Shown one piece after another: positions 45,463 to 55,779 of a stretch of DNA of 64,000 bases. The notes under the pieces are model-generated. The model did no database searches and was not told the origin of the DNA. It saw only the letters and a program-made list of their open reading frames with translations. A program made the position numbers and the translations under genes. Within the stretch, counting starts at the first letter, position 1. Every line of letters begins with the position of its first letter. Origin of the DNA: Rebecca billardiae RCC1528 (Eukaryota > Protista > Haptophyta); contig OZ251252.1 of the NCBI GenBank assembly GCA_965240325.2, forward strand, positions 558,001 to 622,000, read 5' to 3'.

Positions 45463-46239
45463 CTACTCCGCCTTGCCGTTCACCTTGTGCGCGCCATTCC
45501 TGCGCGCCGGCGGCTGGGGGCTCCCGACCGGGCTGCCCATCGTCCGCCTGTGCTCGTCGAGCTGGGACTTGCAGTAGTGCGCGAACCCGCCGAGCCCGCT
45601 AAGCAGCAGCACGAGCGCGCAGGCCTTGGCCGCGACGACGCCAGAGTGCGTGCCCTCGCCGCTCACCGCGTCCTGCAGCGAGCTCGCCGAGCTGCCCGTC
45701 AGCGACCACGCCACCGAGTAGGGCACGTTCACCGCGACCGTGACCGCTCCGAACAGCGAGGTCGGCACGACGTGCGCGGGCAGCAGCGAGAGGCCGTAGT
45801 TTTTGATGGCGATCGGCGTGGGCGAGGCGCGCACCATCGCAATCGTCTCCGCCGGCGCGCCGAGCAGCGCGTGCTGCAGGTGCGACGTCAGCTTCTCCAG
45901 CCGGCCCCAGCGGCAGTGGTGGTGGTTCGCGTTCGGATGCGCCGCGTCCCACGCGGCCGCGGCCGCGGCCGCGGCCGCGCGGCGTCGGGCCAGCACCGGC
46001 GAGATGAACGTCCGCCCTAGCATGAACGCCCCCAGGCTCCCCGCGGTCTTCCCCACGACCGACGCCGTCACCGAGCTCACGGAGGAGAAAGTGTATCCCG
46101 CCGCGATCTCGAGAGGCGTGGTTGGCAAGCACGCGACCGTCCACAGTGTGAGGAAGAGCGCGTAGTAGACGACGCCGAGGGGCCCCTTCGTCTGCAGCCA
46201 CGTGAATAGCCGCAGCACCGTGAGCACCAGCGTCTGCAT
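45463..46239 (-). CDS. VTT/DedA (SNARE-associated Golgi, TVP38/TMEM64-like) membrane protein
   Basis: CLPTTPLEIAAGYTF...GKTAGSLGAFMLGR and MVRASPTPIAIKNYGLS motifs. Start codon uncertain. Confidence 0.8.
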   Translation of the reverse strand: MQTLVLTVLRLFTWLQTKGPLGVVYYALFLTLWTVACLPTTPLEIAAGYTFSSVSSVTASVVGKTAGSLGAFMLGRTFISPVLARRRAAAAAAAAAWDAAHPNANHHHCRWGRLEKLTSHLQHALLGAPAETIAMVRASPTPIAIKNYGLSLLPAHVVPTSLFGAVTVAVNVPYSVAWSLTGSSASSLQDAVSGEGTHSGVVAAKACALVLLLSGLGGFAHYCKSQLDEHRRTMGSPVGSPQPPARRNGAHKVNGKAE

Positions 46240-46566
46240 CGTCGACGGGCCCGGCGCCCTCCGCAGAGCGCGGCCGGCGTGAGCGCTGCGACAACCAGGC
46301 GCGGCCGCTGGCAGCCACTGCCCGTGTGCGCTAAGGAGACACTTCCGCCGCCGGTGACAAGATGCACGATGCAGATTGCAGCCAATCGGAGCGGGTTTGC
46401 AAAATGTTCGCCGTACAACAGCGACGATCCTCGGCGTGACGAAGCCCGCGCCGTTGGGCCGTGGTCGTCAAAGGTGAACGAACGAAGGTCGGGGCGCTTG
46501 ATCCGCCCGAAACAAGTCCTCCAAAGCGCACTCTTCCTTCCGGAAGACTCTGATTCAACTTTCCTA

Positions 46567-47171
46567 TGGAGCGCTCGTTGGAACTTGGCGGGGCTTGGAA
46601 CTTGACACCGCATTTCCCAGCGAAGTGCCCCATCTCGGCGGGGCTGGCACGGTCGGCACACGCTCCTGAGCGCTCGCTTTGCGGTGCGGCAGGCCTTGGG
46701 CCGCCCAGACAGACATGCCGCGACCGAATTACCGGGCCATGCGCGCACCACACCCGCGCTACATGGCCTACGCGCTGGACGACTGAGAGGCAACGCCGAA
46801 CCACTGCATTCCACTGCCCGGCATGCACCCCGAGTCACCTTCAGAGGGCGTCGACGAGCGCAGAGCGGGTGCGTGGGAGTTCGACCAACTCGTGTACCTT
46901 CTTGCAAGCACCAGCGGCGAGGTCGCAAGCCGAACCTTGACCAGCCGTGGAACTTGAGCTGGTCGGCAGCAAAACCACCGTTCAACCCGGATCAAGTTAG
47001 CAGCGTGCGAGGAGGAGGCGCGGTGCGCGTCCGCGGCTGGCGAGAGGCGTCCGGACCGTGCCGTTCTCGGCCGCGCCCGCGCGCTTCCCGCCGCCGCGGG
47101 CCCCGTGTACGCCCGTCGTCGCCCTCGCCGCGCGGGCGCCAAACCGGCGTCAAGTTCCAACGAGCGCTCCA
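46567..47171. mobile_element. MITE (~605 bp) with 21-bp TIR and TA flanks (Tc1/mariner-type TSD)
   Basis: TA|TGGAGCGCTCGTTGGAACTTG ... CAAGTTCCAACGAGCGCTCCA|TA. Extra internal GGAACTTG motifs at ~46597 and ~46949. Confidence 0.8.
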
Positions 47172-47299
47172 TACTACATTGTCACTCTTGATCATGAACA
47201 GACTCTTGATCAGTTGACTGCGAATTAGTCATCCATCACTGGAAAATCGTCTCCGGACTTTCCTGGTCGCGAGCCCGCAACGAAGCCCGCGACGTGGCC

Positions 47300-48728
47300 A
47301 TGGACGGCCGACACGCCGCGCGCGCAGCGCTCCTTCTCGCCGCCGCGTGCACGAGCGCCGCCGCGACGCGCGCCAGGCCCGCCGCGCGCGCGCACGCGCG
47401 CATGTCGACCACCCCTCCGTCCGCTCCAGCCGACGCCTCGCCGCGCCCCGCCCTCGCCCTCGAGGACGTGGCCTTTGCGTTCGAGGGCGCCGAGCGTCCG
47501 CTGCTCGAGCGCGTCGGCCTCGAGGTGCGCGTGGGCGAGCGGCTGGGCCTGGTCGGGCGGAACGGGTGCGGGAAGACGACGCTTCTCCGCCTCGCAGCCG
47601 GCCTCCTCGCGCCCTCCGCCGGCACCGTCGAGCGCGCCAGCCAGGCGCGCGTCGGCGTTCTCTCACAGGACTATCTCGAGGGGCTGCGCGCGCACGCCGA
47701 GCCGGCCGAGGAGCTCGTGGCAGCGGCGCTGGCGCAGCCGGCGTGCGGTGCGGCGGGGTCGGGCGAGGGCGAGGGCACGGAGGCGAGACGCGCCGAGGCG
47801 CGCGCGCTCCTCGCGCGCTTCGGCTTCTCGCGCGAGCAGCTGGAGCAGCGGCCGTCGCAGCTGTCGCATGGCTGGGGCATGCGACTCGGACTGGCGTGCG
47901 CGCTCGCGCCGCGGCCGGAGGTGCTGCTGCTCGACGAGCCGACGAACCACGTGGACCTGCGCACGATCGAGTGGCTCGAGAGCTACCTCCGCGCCGAGCT
48001 CGGCGGCACCGCCCTCCTCTTCGCCTCGCACGACCGCGAGTTTGTCGACCGCGTCGCGACGTCGATCGCTCACGTTGACGGCGGCCGGGTCACGCGCTAC
48101 CAGGGTGGGTACCGGAGGTTTGTCGAGCTGAGGCGGCTGCGCGTGGAGGCGGGCCGGGAGCGGGAGGCGCTGGGCGCGCGGCGCGCAGCCGCCGCGCCCG
48201 ACGCCGACGACGACGACGACCTCGACGCCGTCCCCGCCTGGAGGCGCGAGCCGAAACCGTGGGAGCGGCAGCCTGACCTCGGAAGGGCGGGCGGCACCAA
48301 GCGTGCGCGCGCCCCGCCGCTGCGGTTCAGGCTCGCGAGCGCGCTCAAGCCGCCGCGCGCGCTCGTGGCGGAGGCGGGTGGCGCGCCGCCCGTGCTCGCC
48401 GCGCTCGACGGCTGCACGTTTGCGCACGCGCAGACCGGCGCCGCGCCGTTGGCCGCTGCCGCGGACGCCGGCGCCGCGCCGGAGGGCGCGGCGCGCGGCG
48501 CGGACGCTGGCGCGGCCGGCGCGCCACGCGTGTGTGCGGCGAGCCAGCAGCCGGCGCGCGCGGACAGCGCGGTGCTGCGCGACGTGAGCCTGTGCGTGCG
48601 CCGCGGCGACCGCGTCGGCCTCGTCGGCGACAACGGCGCGGGCAAGAGCACCGTCCTGCAGCTGCTCGCAGGCACGCTCGCGCCGGCGGCGGGCGATGGG
48701 AGTGCCGGGCTGCGCGCGGCCGTGGAGC

Positions 48729-48785
<57 letters not shown>

Positions 48786-49699
48786 AGGGCGTTCGGGCCT
48801 TCTTCTTCTCGCAGAACATGGCGGACACGCTGCCGGCGCAGCTCGACCTCGTCAGCGCCGTGCGCGAGGCCGCGCGACTGGGCGTCGTCGTCGCGCGCGC
48901 TAGCCCTCGCGACTCTGCATCCGCGGCCGACGTGGCCGGCGCGGCCGGCGCGGCCGGCGCGGCCGGCGCGGCCGGCGCGGCCGGCGCGGCCGGCGCGGCC
49001 GGCGACGCTGCGGGCGCGGACGCGGGCGCGGGCGCGGGCGCGGACGCGGACGGTGCAGCAGCCTCGCTGAGTCGGGACGAGCGGGTGGCAATCCACCGGC
49101 AGCTCCGAGCGGTCGGCTTCCCCGCCGGCACGCACGAGCGCACGGTCGGCAGCCTCTCCGGCGGTGAGCGCGCGCGCGTTCTGCTTGCCGCTCTCCTGCG
49201 CGCGCGCGCCCAGCTGCTGCTGCTCGACGAGCCGACGAATCACCTCGACATCGGCGCGACGGAGGCGCTGGAGGAGGCGCTGCGCGCGTACGACGGCACG
49301 CTCGTGGTCGCGTCGCACGACCGCTTCTTCCTCGGCCAGACCACGCGCCGCATCGTCGAAGTGCACGCCCAGCAACTGTGCGAGCACGAGGGCGGGTGGG
49401 CTGCGTACGCTCGCGCCGCCGCCGAGCGCGCGCGCGCCGAGGGCGAGATGTCGAGCGCCGCAGCGGCCGCGGCGCGGCGCGAGGCGGACCAAGGGTTCGT
49501 CGGCGCGCGCGCGCACGCGCCCAAGATGGTCACGGTCGACGGCCGATTCTTCGACGCGAGCGGGCGCGAGCTCGAGCGCAAGCGCGCGGCGGGCGCGCGG
49601 CCGACGATGAAGCGGCCTGGCGCCCTCAAGCGCATGAAGAACTCGCAGCGCCGCCAGGTGGGCCGACCGCGCCGGCAGCAGGAGGCGGGGTCCGAGTGA
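47300..49699 (+). CDS. ABC-F family ATPase (two ABC domains, no TM), possible plastid-targeting presequence
   Basis: First ABC: GRNGCGKT, LSHGW, LLLDEPTNH, SHDR. Second ABC: GDNGAGKS, LSGGE, LLLDEPTNHLD, SHDR. In-frame (GCGGGC)n and (GCGGCCGGC)n microsatellites at ~48730-48785 and ~48932-49003. Confidence 0.92.
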
Positions 49700-50372
49700 G
49701 TGGTGCTGGCCTGGACCGGATGACACGGGGCGCGTGTCTGGCGCTGAGCGCGGCCGCCGCCCGGACGGCAGACGACGGTCCGTCGGTGGCAGTAGTCCAC
49801 TGTCGAGCGGGCAGCCCGTCGCGCGTCTTTGCCTTTATATATATATATCTAGCGCTGTCTGACGTCCGTGAGCGTGACGGTGGGCACGGCACCTGCCATT
49901 GTCAACTGACGACGGCCCGTAGTCGTCGGCCCCGGCCCGCGGCACCTACGGGACCGCGCGTAGTCGGCGTAGTGCCAGTGCGGGCGCCTGTCCGCGGCTG
50001 TCGGCAACGACCGTCGTCATATCATCATCGTCGTAGTCAGTCACTATCGTCATCAAGCTGTCGTCACAGTCGTCGTCATTTCACTATACACTGTAACACT
50101 CAGTGTCACTACACTATACGACGACTGCGCCAGTATAGCAGTTATATATATATATATATATTATATACGCGCATGCACTGCTTAGTGTCACTGTCCGGTA
50201 GGCAGCGCCGTGAACGGTCGAGGTGAACCGCCGTGACCGGTCACCGGGAGCAGTGCCGCACTCAGATGCGCGTCAGCGCTAGTCCGACGCCGATCACAGA
50301 GCACTGCGCTGCTCCGACTCGGTCTCTGCAGCAGCCGCAGTGGGGCCTCGACAGTCCGACAGAGGCCGAGCG

Positions 50373-52223
50373 TCAGCAGACTCCGACTCGAGCCCGCCAC
50401 GCCGTCTCGACGCGCGTGGGCGTGGCCATATCATCAGTCGGTTGGACGGGCTTGCCTTGGCCGAGCGCTGCCGAGTGCATGCCGCACGAGTGCACTGCGC
50501 CGTCAGCACTCACAAACAGCGCGTGAGTACCGCCGAACGAGCATTGCACCACGCGCTCGTGAGAGAGGGCATGCACGCGCTCCGGCGCCATCACATTCTC
50601 GTCGAGGCGCCCAGGCCCAAGGCCCAGGTGGCCGAAGTGGTTTTTGCCAAACACGTGCACGCCGCCGTCCGCGCCCAGGACCGCGCTGCAGTGTGGGCTA
50701 GCGCTGCTGCGCACGGCGCGCATGCCTGCTAGCGCCTCAATCTGCCTGGGCCGCGATTGGTCGGCCATGTCACCGTACCCAAGTTTGGCGTGCCCCTCGC
50801 CACATGAGTGCACGCCGCCAGCGGTGTCCACCACGAGGCTGTGGTAGTCGCCCGCGCTCACGTGCACGGCGCGCACGCCCGCGAGCGCCTCGATGCACCT
50901 CGGCGTGTGCTGCTCCTGCTTGTCACCGTGGCCGAGCTGGCCGAAGTACCCGTGGCCACACGAGTACACGGCGCCCTGCGTCGAGAGCAGCAACGTGTGC
51001 AAATCACCCGCGGCCACGCCGCCCACGCGCACGCCACTCAGCGCCTCGATGCGCGTGGGCACCGGCCGCTCCCGAGTGTCACCGTGGCCAAGCTGGCCAT
51101 TGCCGTTGAAGCCCCAGCTGTATGCCACGCCGGCGGCGGTGAGCGCGAGGCTGTACTCGCCACCGGCGGAAATAGCAACAATGACCTCCCCCAGCAGCGT
51201 GTCCACGCGCGCAAACGCCCCACGCCCACGGCAGTCGCCGAGCCCAAGCCACCCAGCTCCGTTCTCGCCGCAGCCGTACACGGCGCCGGCCTCGCTCAGC
51301 GCGAGCAGGTGTTGGCGGCCGGCTGCCACCGCGACCACGCACACCGCGGACAGCGACGCCACGCGTGTCGGCACGCACACGGGCGGCATCAGCTGCCCGT
51401 GAGAAATGGCGAGCGGCGCGAAGAGCCCGGGGACCACCTCCTCGTCCTCGTCGTCGCTCTCCGACTCCGACTGATCAGGCACCAACACCTCGCCGCACGT
51501 GTGCAGCCCGCCCTCAGCGTCCACAAACGCGCTGAAGTTGTCGTCGCCAAACGCGACGCAACACGCGGCGACGCACGCGTGCCGCGCGCTCATCTCCAGC
51601 ACGCGCTCGCGCTCGAGCAGCTCGGCCGTCCACGTGCGCGGCAGCGTCGGCAGCGCGCGCTCGTGCCCGCGCGCGCGCACGCGCTCGCGCAGCGCGTGCT
51701 CGACAGCCGAGCCGCTGCCTGGCGCGCCGCGGAAGAGGCGTGATGCAGCATTGGCCGCGGCGAGATCGCGAGCGCTACCGAGGTGGACGAGCACGCGCAC
51801 GATCAGGTCAAAGGGCAGCGCGGCAAAAGCAGGCCCCGACGCCTCCAGCACGGCTGCGCTGCCGCGGCGCGCCCCATCCCGCCCCGCGCCGCCCGAGGGC
51901 CGCGCGAGCGTGACAGGGCCCGCTGCGACAGCCACGTGGCGCGACGCGCCGAACCGGCGTACGCCAGCGTACATCGTTGTCGCAGACGACACCTGGGTGG
52001 TGCGCCCGCAGCCGGCGCGGCCGCAGCGCACGGCACAGCACTCGGACGCGAGCGCGCGCTCGAAGAGGCACACGTTGTGCGCGACGTGCTCCGCGCCGCA
52101 TGCGAGCGTGGCCCACGGCTGCGAGCCGATGCGCTCGCCGCACAGGACACAGGTGCAGTCGTCGGGCGTTGGGCTCGGCGCCGAGGGCGTCTCGCCGTCG
52201 TGCGCACCCGGCGTGCGCTCCAT
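50373..52223 (-). CDS. RING-like + F-box + RCC1-repeat protein
   Basis: RING-like CVLC...LACGAEHVAHNVC...C....C; F-box FAALPFDLIVRVLVHL...DL...ASRLFR; repeated AG..HSL.L...G.VYS.G....GQLGHGD. Confidence 0.85.
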   Translation of the reverse strand: MERTPGAHDGETPSAPSPTPDDCTCVLCGERIGSQPWATLACGAEHVAHNVCLFERALASECCAVRCGRAGCGRTTQVSSATTMYAGVRRFGASRHVAVAAGPVTLARPSGGAGRDGARRGSAAVLEASGPAFAALPFDLIVRVLVHLGSARDLAAANAASRLFRGAPGSGSAVEHALRERVRARGHERALPTLPRTWTAELLERERVLEMSARHACVAACCVAFGDDNFSAFVDAEGGLHTCGEVLVPDQSESESDDEDEEVVPGLFAPLAISHGQLMPPVCVPTRVASLSAVCVVAVAAGRQHLLALSEAGAVYGCGENGAGWLGLGDCRGRGAFARVDTLLGEVIVAISAGGEYSLALTAAGVAYSWGFNGNGQLGHGDTRERPVPTRIEALSGVRVGGVAAGDLHTLLLSTQGAVYSCGHGYFGQLGHGDKQEQHTPRCIEALAGVRAVHVSAGDYHSLVVDTAGGVHSCGEGHAKLGYGDMADQSRPRQIEALAGMRAVRSSASPHCSAVLGADGGVHVFGKNHFGHLGLGPGRLDENVMAPERVHALSHERVVQCSFGGTHALFVSADGAVHSCGMHSAALGQGKPVQPTDDMATPTRVETAWRARVGVC

Positions 52224-53170
52224 GCGTCGTCGACGACGACGTACGCGCGTGAGCTAGTAGTAGTCGTCAAAGCGGGGCCGGCGCGGCTTGGCGTGCGCAC
52301 TGAGGGCGACGACGGTTGGTCATGGGCGGTGACAGTTGGCGGGTGACAGACAGTTTGAAGTCGAGAAGGTGAATGGTGATGCCAGGTGAGTGACAGTTCA
52401 CAGTTGCCGTTGGCGGGCGTCAATCTCGCCTGAGCGTTTACGGAGCTGGTAGTGGTGGCGATTATTGCACGGTCCATCTAGCTGTCGTGAAGTGGTTGCG
52501 CTAACTGACACGGGTGCGACGCAGCAGCCAAGGCAGTAAGTGCTTGCAGCTTGATGCAGAGCAGCGGCGGTTTGCCGCCGCCCTCGGCCGCACCGCGTGA
52601 CCGCCCGAGTCCGACCCGCGCCTGCTGCTCACAGTCTGCGAGTAGTTCGACTGACCGGGTCCGGCGACCCGCGCCGCGGCGGCCTGGGACCGCCGGGCGG
52701 CCCGGGCCGTGCATCGAGTACGCTGTGTCGCGACACAGACGACGTACTACACATATATATATATATATGCGCGCGCACTGCCGTGCACCGCAAGCTAGTG
52801 ACCCCTGTGTCATCACTGAGGCGAAGTAAGGCATCACGCCGCACGCGGCTCACGCAGTCAGCAAGGCCGGTGGGCGGTACGGTGAAGGCTGTGAGTGCTG
52901 TGACCGCGCCTGTCGCTGACTCGCTGAGTTAGAACTAGATAGAAGCCCGGAGCCCGGAGAGTGACAATAACTGACGACAGCATCCTTCGCCGCCACATTG
53001 TCAGCAACGCAGCGCCTCATACACGAGAATGCGCGACGAATCGGACGTGCCATCACTCTACTCCGGACTAGCGCCGGCGCCCGCACCAGCTGGCAAGCCG
53101 CCATTGTACAGCGTTTTGGCGAGTAGTGTCGCCGGTGGGCTCTCGTAGAAATAAAACAGGCCTACTATTA

Positions 53171-54145
53171 TCACCAGTTGGCGCGAGCAGAGGGCGTGTC
53201 TGTGCTCACCTCCGTCCCGGCGCGCACGACGACGCCTGCGGCCCAGTCGACGTACTCGCCCGCCGCCGGATGCGACTTCCGGTACGCGTCCGTGTACTTG
53301 CCCTTCATGTTGACCTGTGGGCGGTTCGGGTCGTCCTGGTGCTTGAGCCAGCACTGGCCGGTCATGTCGCCGGGCGGCAGCGCGGCGGGCGCGAAGCACT
53401 TTGGCTTCGGGCAGAAGACGTAGACGTTGCACACGAACCACGCTGGCGCGACGGGCTTCCACGCCTTGCACGCCTGCGCGCACTCCTCCAGCGTCGCCGT
53501 GTGGTGCCCGGACCCCCACCGGAGTGCGTAACCGTCAAGGTCGAGGTGCTCAAAGCTCCTCACCTCGCGCGCCGCCTCGAACTCTGCCAGGCCGGCCTCC
53601 TTGCCGCCCTGCGCGAGCGCCCGCTGGATGGCGCGCGGCACGTCCTTCGGCTCCTTCGCGCGCGTCGCCCGCAGCGCCTGCACCGCCCGCTGCGCGCTGA
53701 AGCCGCCCTCGATCATGCCCTGCACCACGTTGGACGGAAACGGCAGCCCGCACTCGGTGAGCGCGCTGCACCAAGTCGTCCAGAAGCGGCCGCACCACTC
53801 CTTGCACGCGGCGTTCGAGGCTTGCGCGACCGGCGTGGGCGTGGGTGTGGGCTCGGGCACCGGCGCGGGCACGGGCGTGACGGCGCCCGTACCCACGCCC
53901 GTACCCATGGGCGTGGGTACGGGCGCTGTCACGGGTAAGGATTCGGGCACCGCTGCGATCGCCGCGGCCTGCGGGGCTGCGGCCGTCACCCTGTGCGCAG
54001 CGCTGAGGAAGGGAGGCGACGTTATCAAGAAGACCATGCCCACGGTGCAGCCGAAGAAGGCCAAAATGTGCTTCCTCCGCGGACCCGTGCGTGCAAGTTG
54101 CTCCACGTCGTCTATTGCATCGAGCACGATGCGATCGGCAGCCAT
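53171..54145 (-). CDS. Type II membrane protein with C-terminal apple/PAN-like Cys domain
   Basis: N-terminal TM (ILAFFGCTVGMVFLI), Pro/Thr stalk, and ECAQAC...CNVYVFC....C....GQCWLK. Confidence 0.72.
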   Translation of the reverse strand: MAADRIVLDAIDDVEQLARTGPRRKHILAFFGCTVGMVFLITSPPFLSAAHRVTAAAPQAAAIAAVPESLPVTAPVPTPMGTGVGTGAVTPVPAPVPEPTPTPTPVAQASNAACKEWCGRFWTTWCSALTECGLPFPSNVVQGMIEGGFSAQRAVQALRATRAKEPKDVPRAIQRALAQGGKEAGLAEFEAAREVRSFEHLDLDGYALRWGSGHHTATLEECAQACKAWKPVAPAWFVCNVYVFCPKPKCFAPAALPPGDMTGQCWLKHQDDPNRPQVNMKGKYTDAYRKSHPAAGEYVDWAAGVVVRAGTEVSTDTPSARANW

Positions 54146-54203
54146 CGTGACTGGGGCCGCACGCACGGTGCCGACAGTCGGCGAAATGACGATGACGGCC
54201 GCC

Positions 54204-55298
54204 ATGAGGTGGGTGATCCTCTCCCTCCTGCTCGGGGCGGCCGCGTCGCGCGGACGCAAGCCGCCAAAGGCCTCGGCGCCCCTGCCGCATGTGTACGAGC
54301 CCGAGGAGGGCGACACGCGGCCGCGGGTCGCACTGTGCATCGTCGGGCTCTTCCGCGACCATCGCGAGCGCGTGCTGCCGTCGCTGCGGCGCGTGCTGTT
54401 CAACTCGACTGAGTGGAGGCTGGACGTGTTCATCGAGACGTGGACGACGATCGGCGCGACGCGCATGCAGCGCCTGCACGCGCGCTCCGACGAGACCGGC
54501 CAGATCCTCGACCCGCAGTGGATGCGCGAGTACCCCAACCTCCTCTCCCTACACGTCGAGCGCACGCCCAGGAACGTCTCGCGGCACTTCCACGGCATCG
54601 ACCTGCCGCCCGTGCTGGCGTCGCACAACCCGCAGAGCTTCGGCTCGACGCTCCCCAACCTGCGCCGCATGTACCAGTGCAACGAGGCCAAGCGCGCGTG
54701 GGAGGACGCCAACGGCTTCGCGTACGACGCGGTGATCAAAACGCGGCCAGACTACGTGTGCGGCGGCTCGAGGTGGCTGGCGCTCCTCACGGCGCTGCGG
54801 CTCGTGCTGCGGCACGGGCGCGAGCCGGCGGCGCAGCCGTACCCGTTCTTCCACGAGCACTCGTGGCCGCACGTCATGGTCTCCGACAAGTTCGCCATCG
54901 GCACCTCGCGCGCGATGGACTACTACATGTCAGCGTGGACGGCGCTGCCGCGGCTGTTCAGCAGCCAGCGGCTGTCTGACGCGCAGGGGCACCGCAACCA
55001 CCTGATCGGCGAGCGGCTGCTCAAGGTGTACATGCGCGCCGCGCCGTTCGACCACATGCAGACGTTCTGCTGCCAGTCGCCGCGCAAGCACCACAAGCTC
55101 GGCCGGTGCAAGCGCGACTACGCGCCGGGCGGCGTGATGCATGCCCTGTTTCACAAGAACAGGCCTGCAGAGCTGCTACCTGCGGCGGTGAGCGCGGGCG
55201 GCGGAGAGGACGGCGTGGATGACGATGGCGTCCCGGTGCCGGCTGACGCGCCCCGGCTTGGGCTGGATGAGCTGGCGGAGGGCGGGCGTCAGAGGTGA
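54204..55298 (+). CDS. Secreted/Golgi putative glycosyltransferase (RVALC..G..R / YD.VIK.RPD / D.FAIG type)
   Basis: Signal peptide MRWVILSLLLGAAAS; motifs RVALCIVGLFR, LDVFIETW, YDAVIKTRPD, SDKFAIG, GERLL. Confidence 0.65.
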   Translation: MRWVILSLLLGAAASRGRKPPKASAPLPHVYEPEEGDTRPRVALCIVGLFRDHRERVLPSLRRVLFNSTEWRLDVFIETWTTIGATRMQRLHARSDETGQILDPQWMREYPNLLSLHVERTPRNVSRHFHGIDLPPVLASHNPQSFGSTLPNLRRMYQCNEAKRAWEDANGFAYDAVIKTRPDYVCGGSRWLALLTALRLVLRHGREPAAQPYPFFHEHSWPHVMVSDKFAIGTSRAMDYYMSAWTALPRLFSSQRLSDAQGHRNHLIGERLLKVYMRAAPFDHMQTFCCQSPRKHHKLGRCKRDYAPGGVMHALFHKNRPAELLPAAVSAGGGEDGVDDDGVPVPADAPRLGLDELAEGGRQR

Positions 55299-55779
55299 CG
55301 GGTGGCGAGTCTTCGGCCGCCCCCGTACTACTCCCTCGTCAGTGCGGCCAGTCTCACGGCACGACCGCGCTCTCATCAGTGCGAGCGCCGGAGCGCGCAG
55401 CGCCGAGCCCGGGCCCGGGCCCGCGGGGCCCCGGGGCCCCGCCCCCGGGCCGTGGCCGGGGGCCCGGTGGCCGCGGTTTCACGGCGGACGGACTCATCAT
55501 AGCCGCCGTGATGACAATTATGCGCGCGTCGTTATCGTCTGATGGTGCCAACTAATTGACTATAATTATATACTCGCGACATCACGATCGCGTCGTCGTC
55601 GTCGTGCGACGAATGAGCAGCCGCCTGCTACTCGGATGCGCGCGCATCGCTGAGCATCAGTGCCAAGGGCGGTGCCCAGCGCTGGCTACCGAGCAGCCTG
55701 AGCAGGCGTAGCCGTACGCGCCACGTGGAGCTCTAAGCGGCTGCACGCGCAGGCGCGCCTGCCGCCCGTGGGTGACTGC

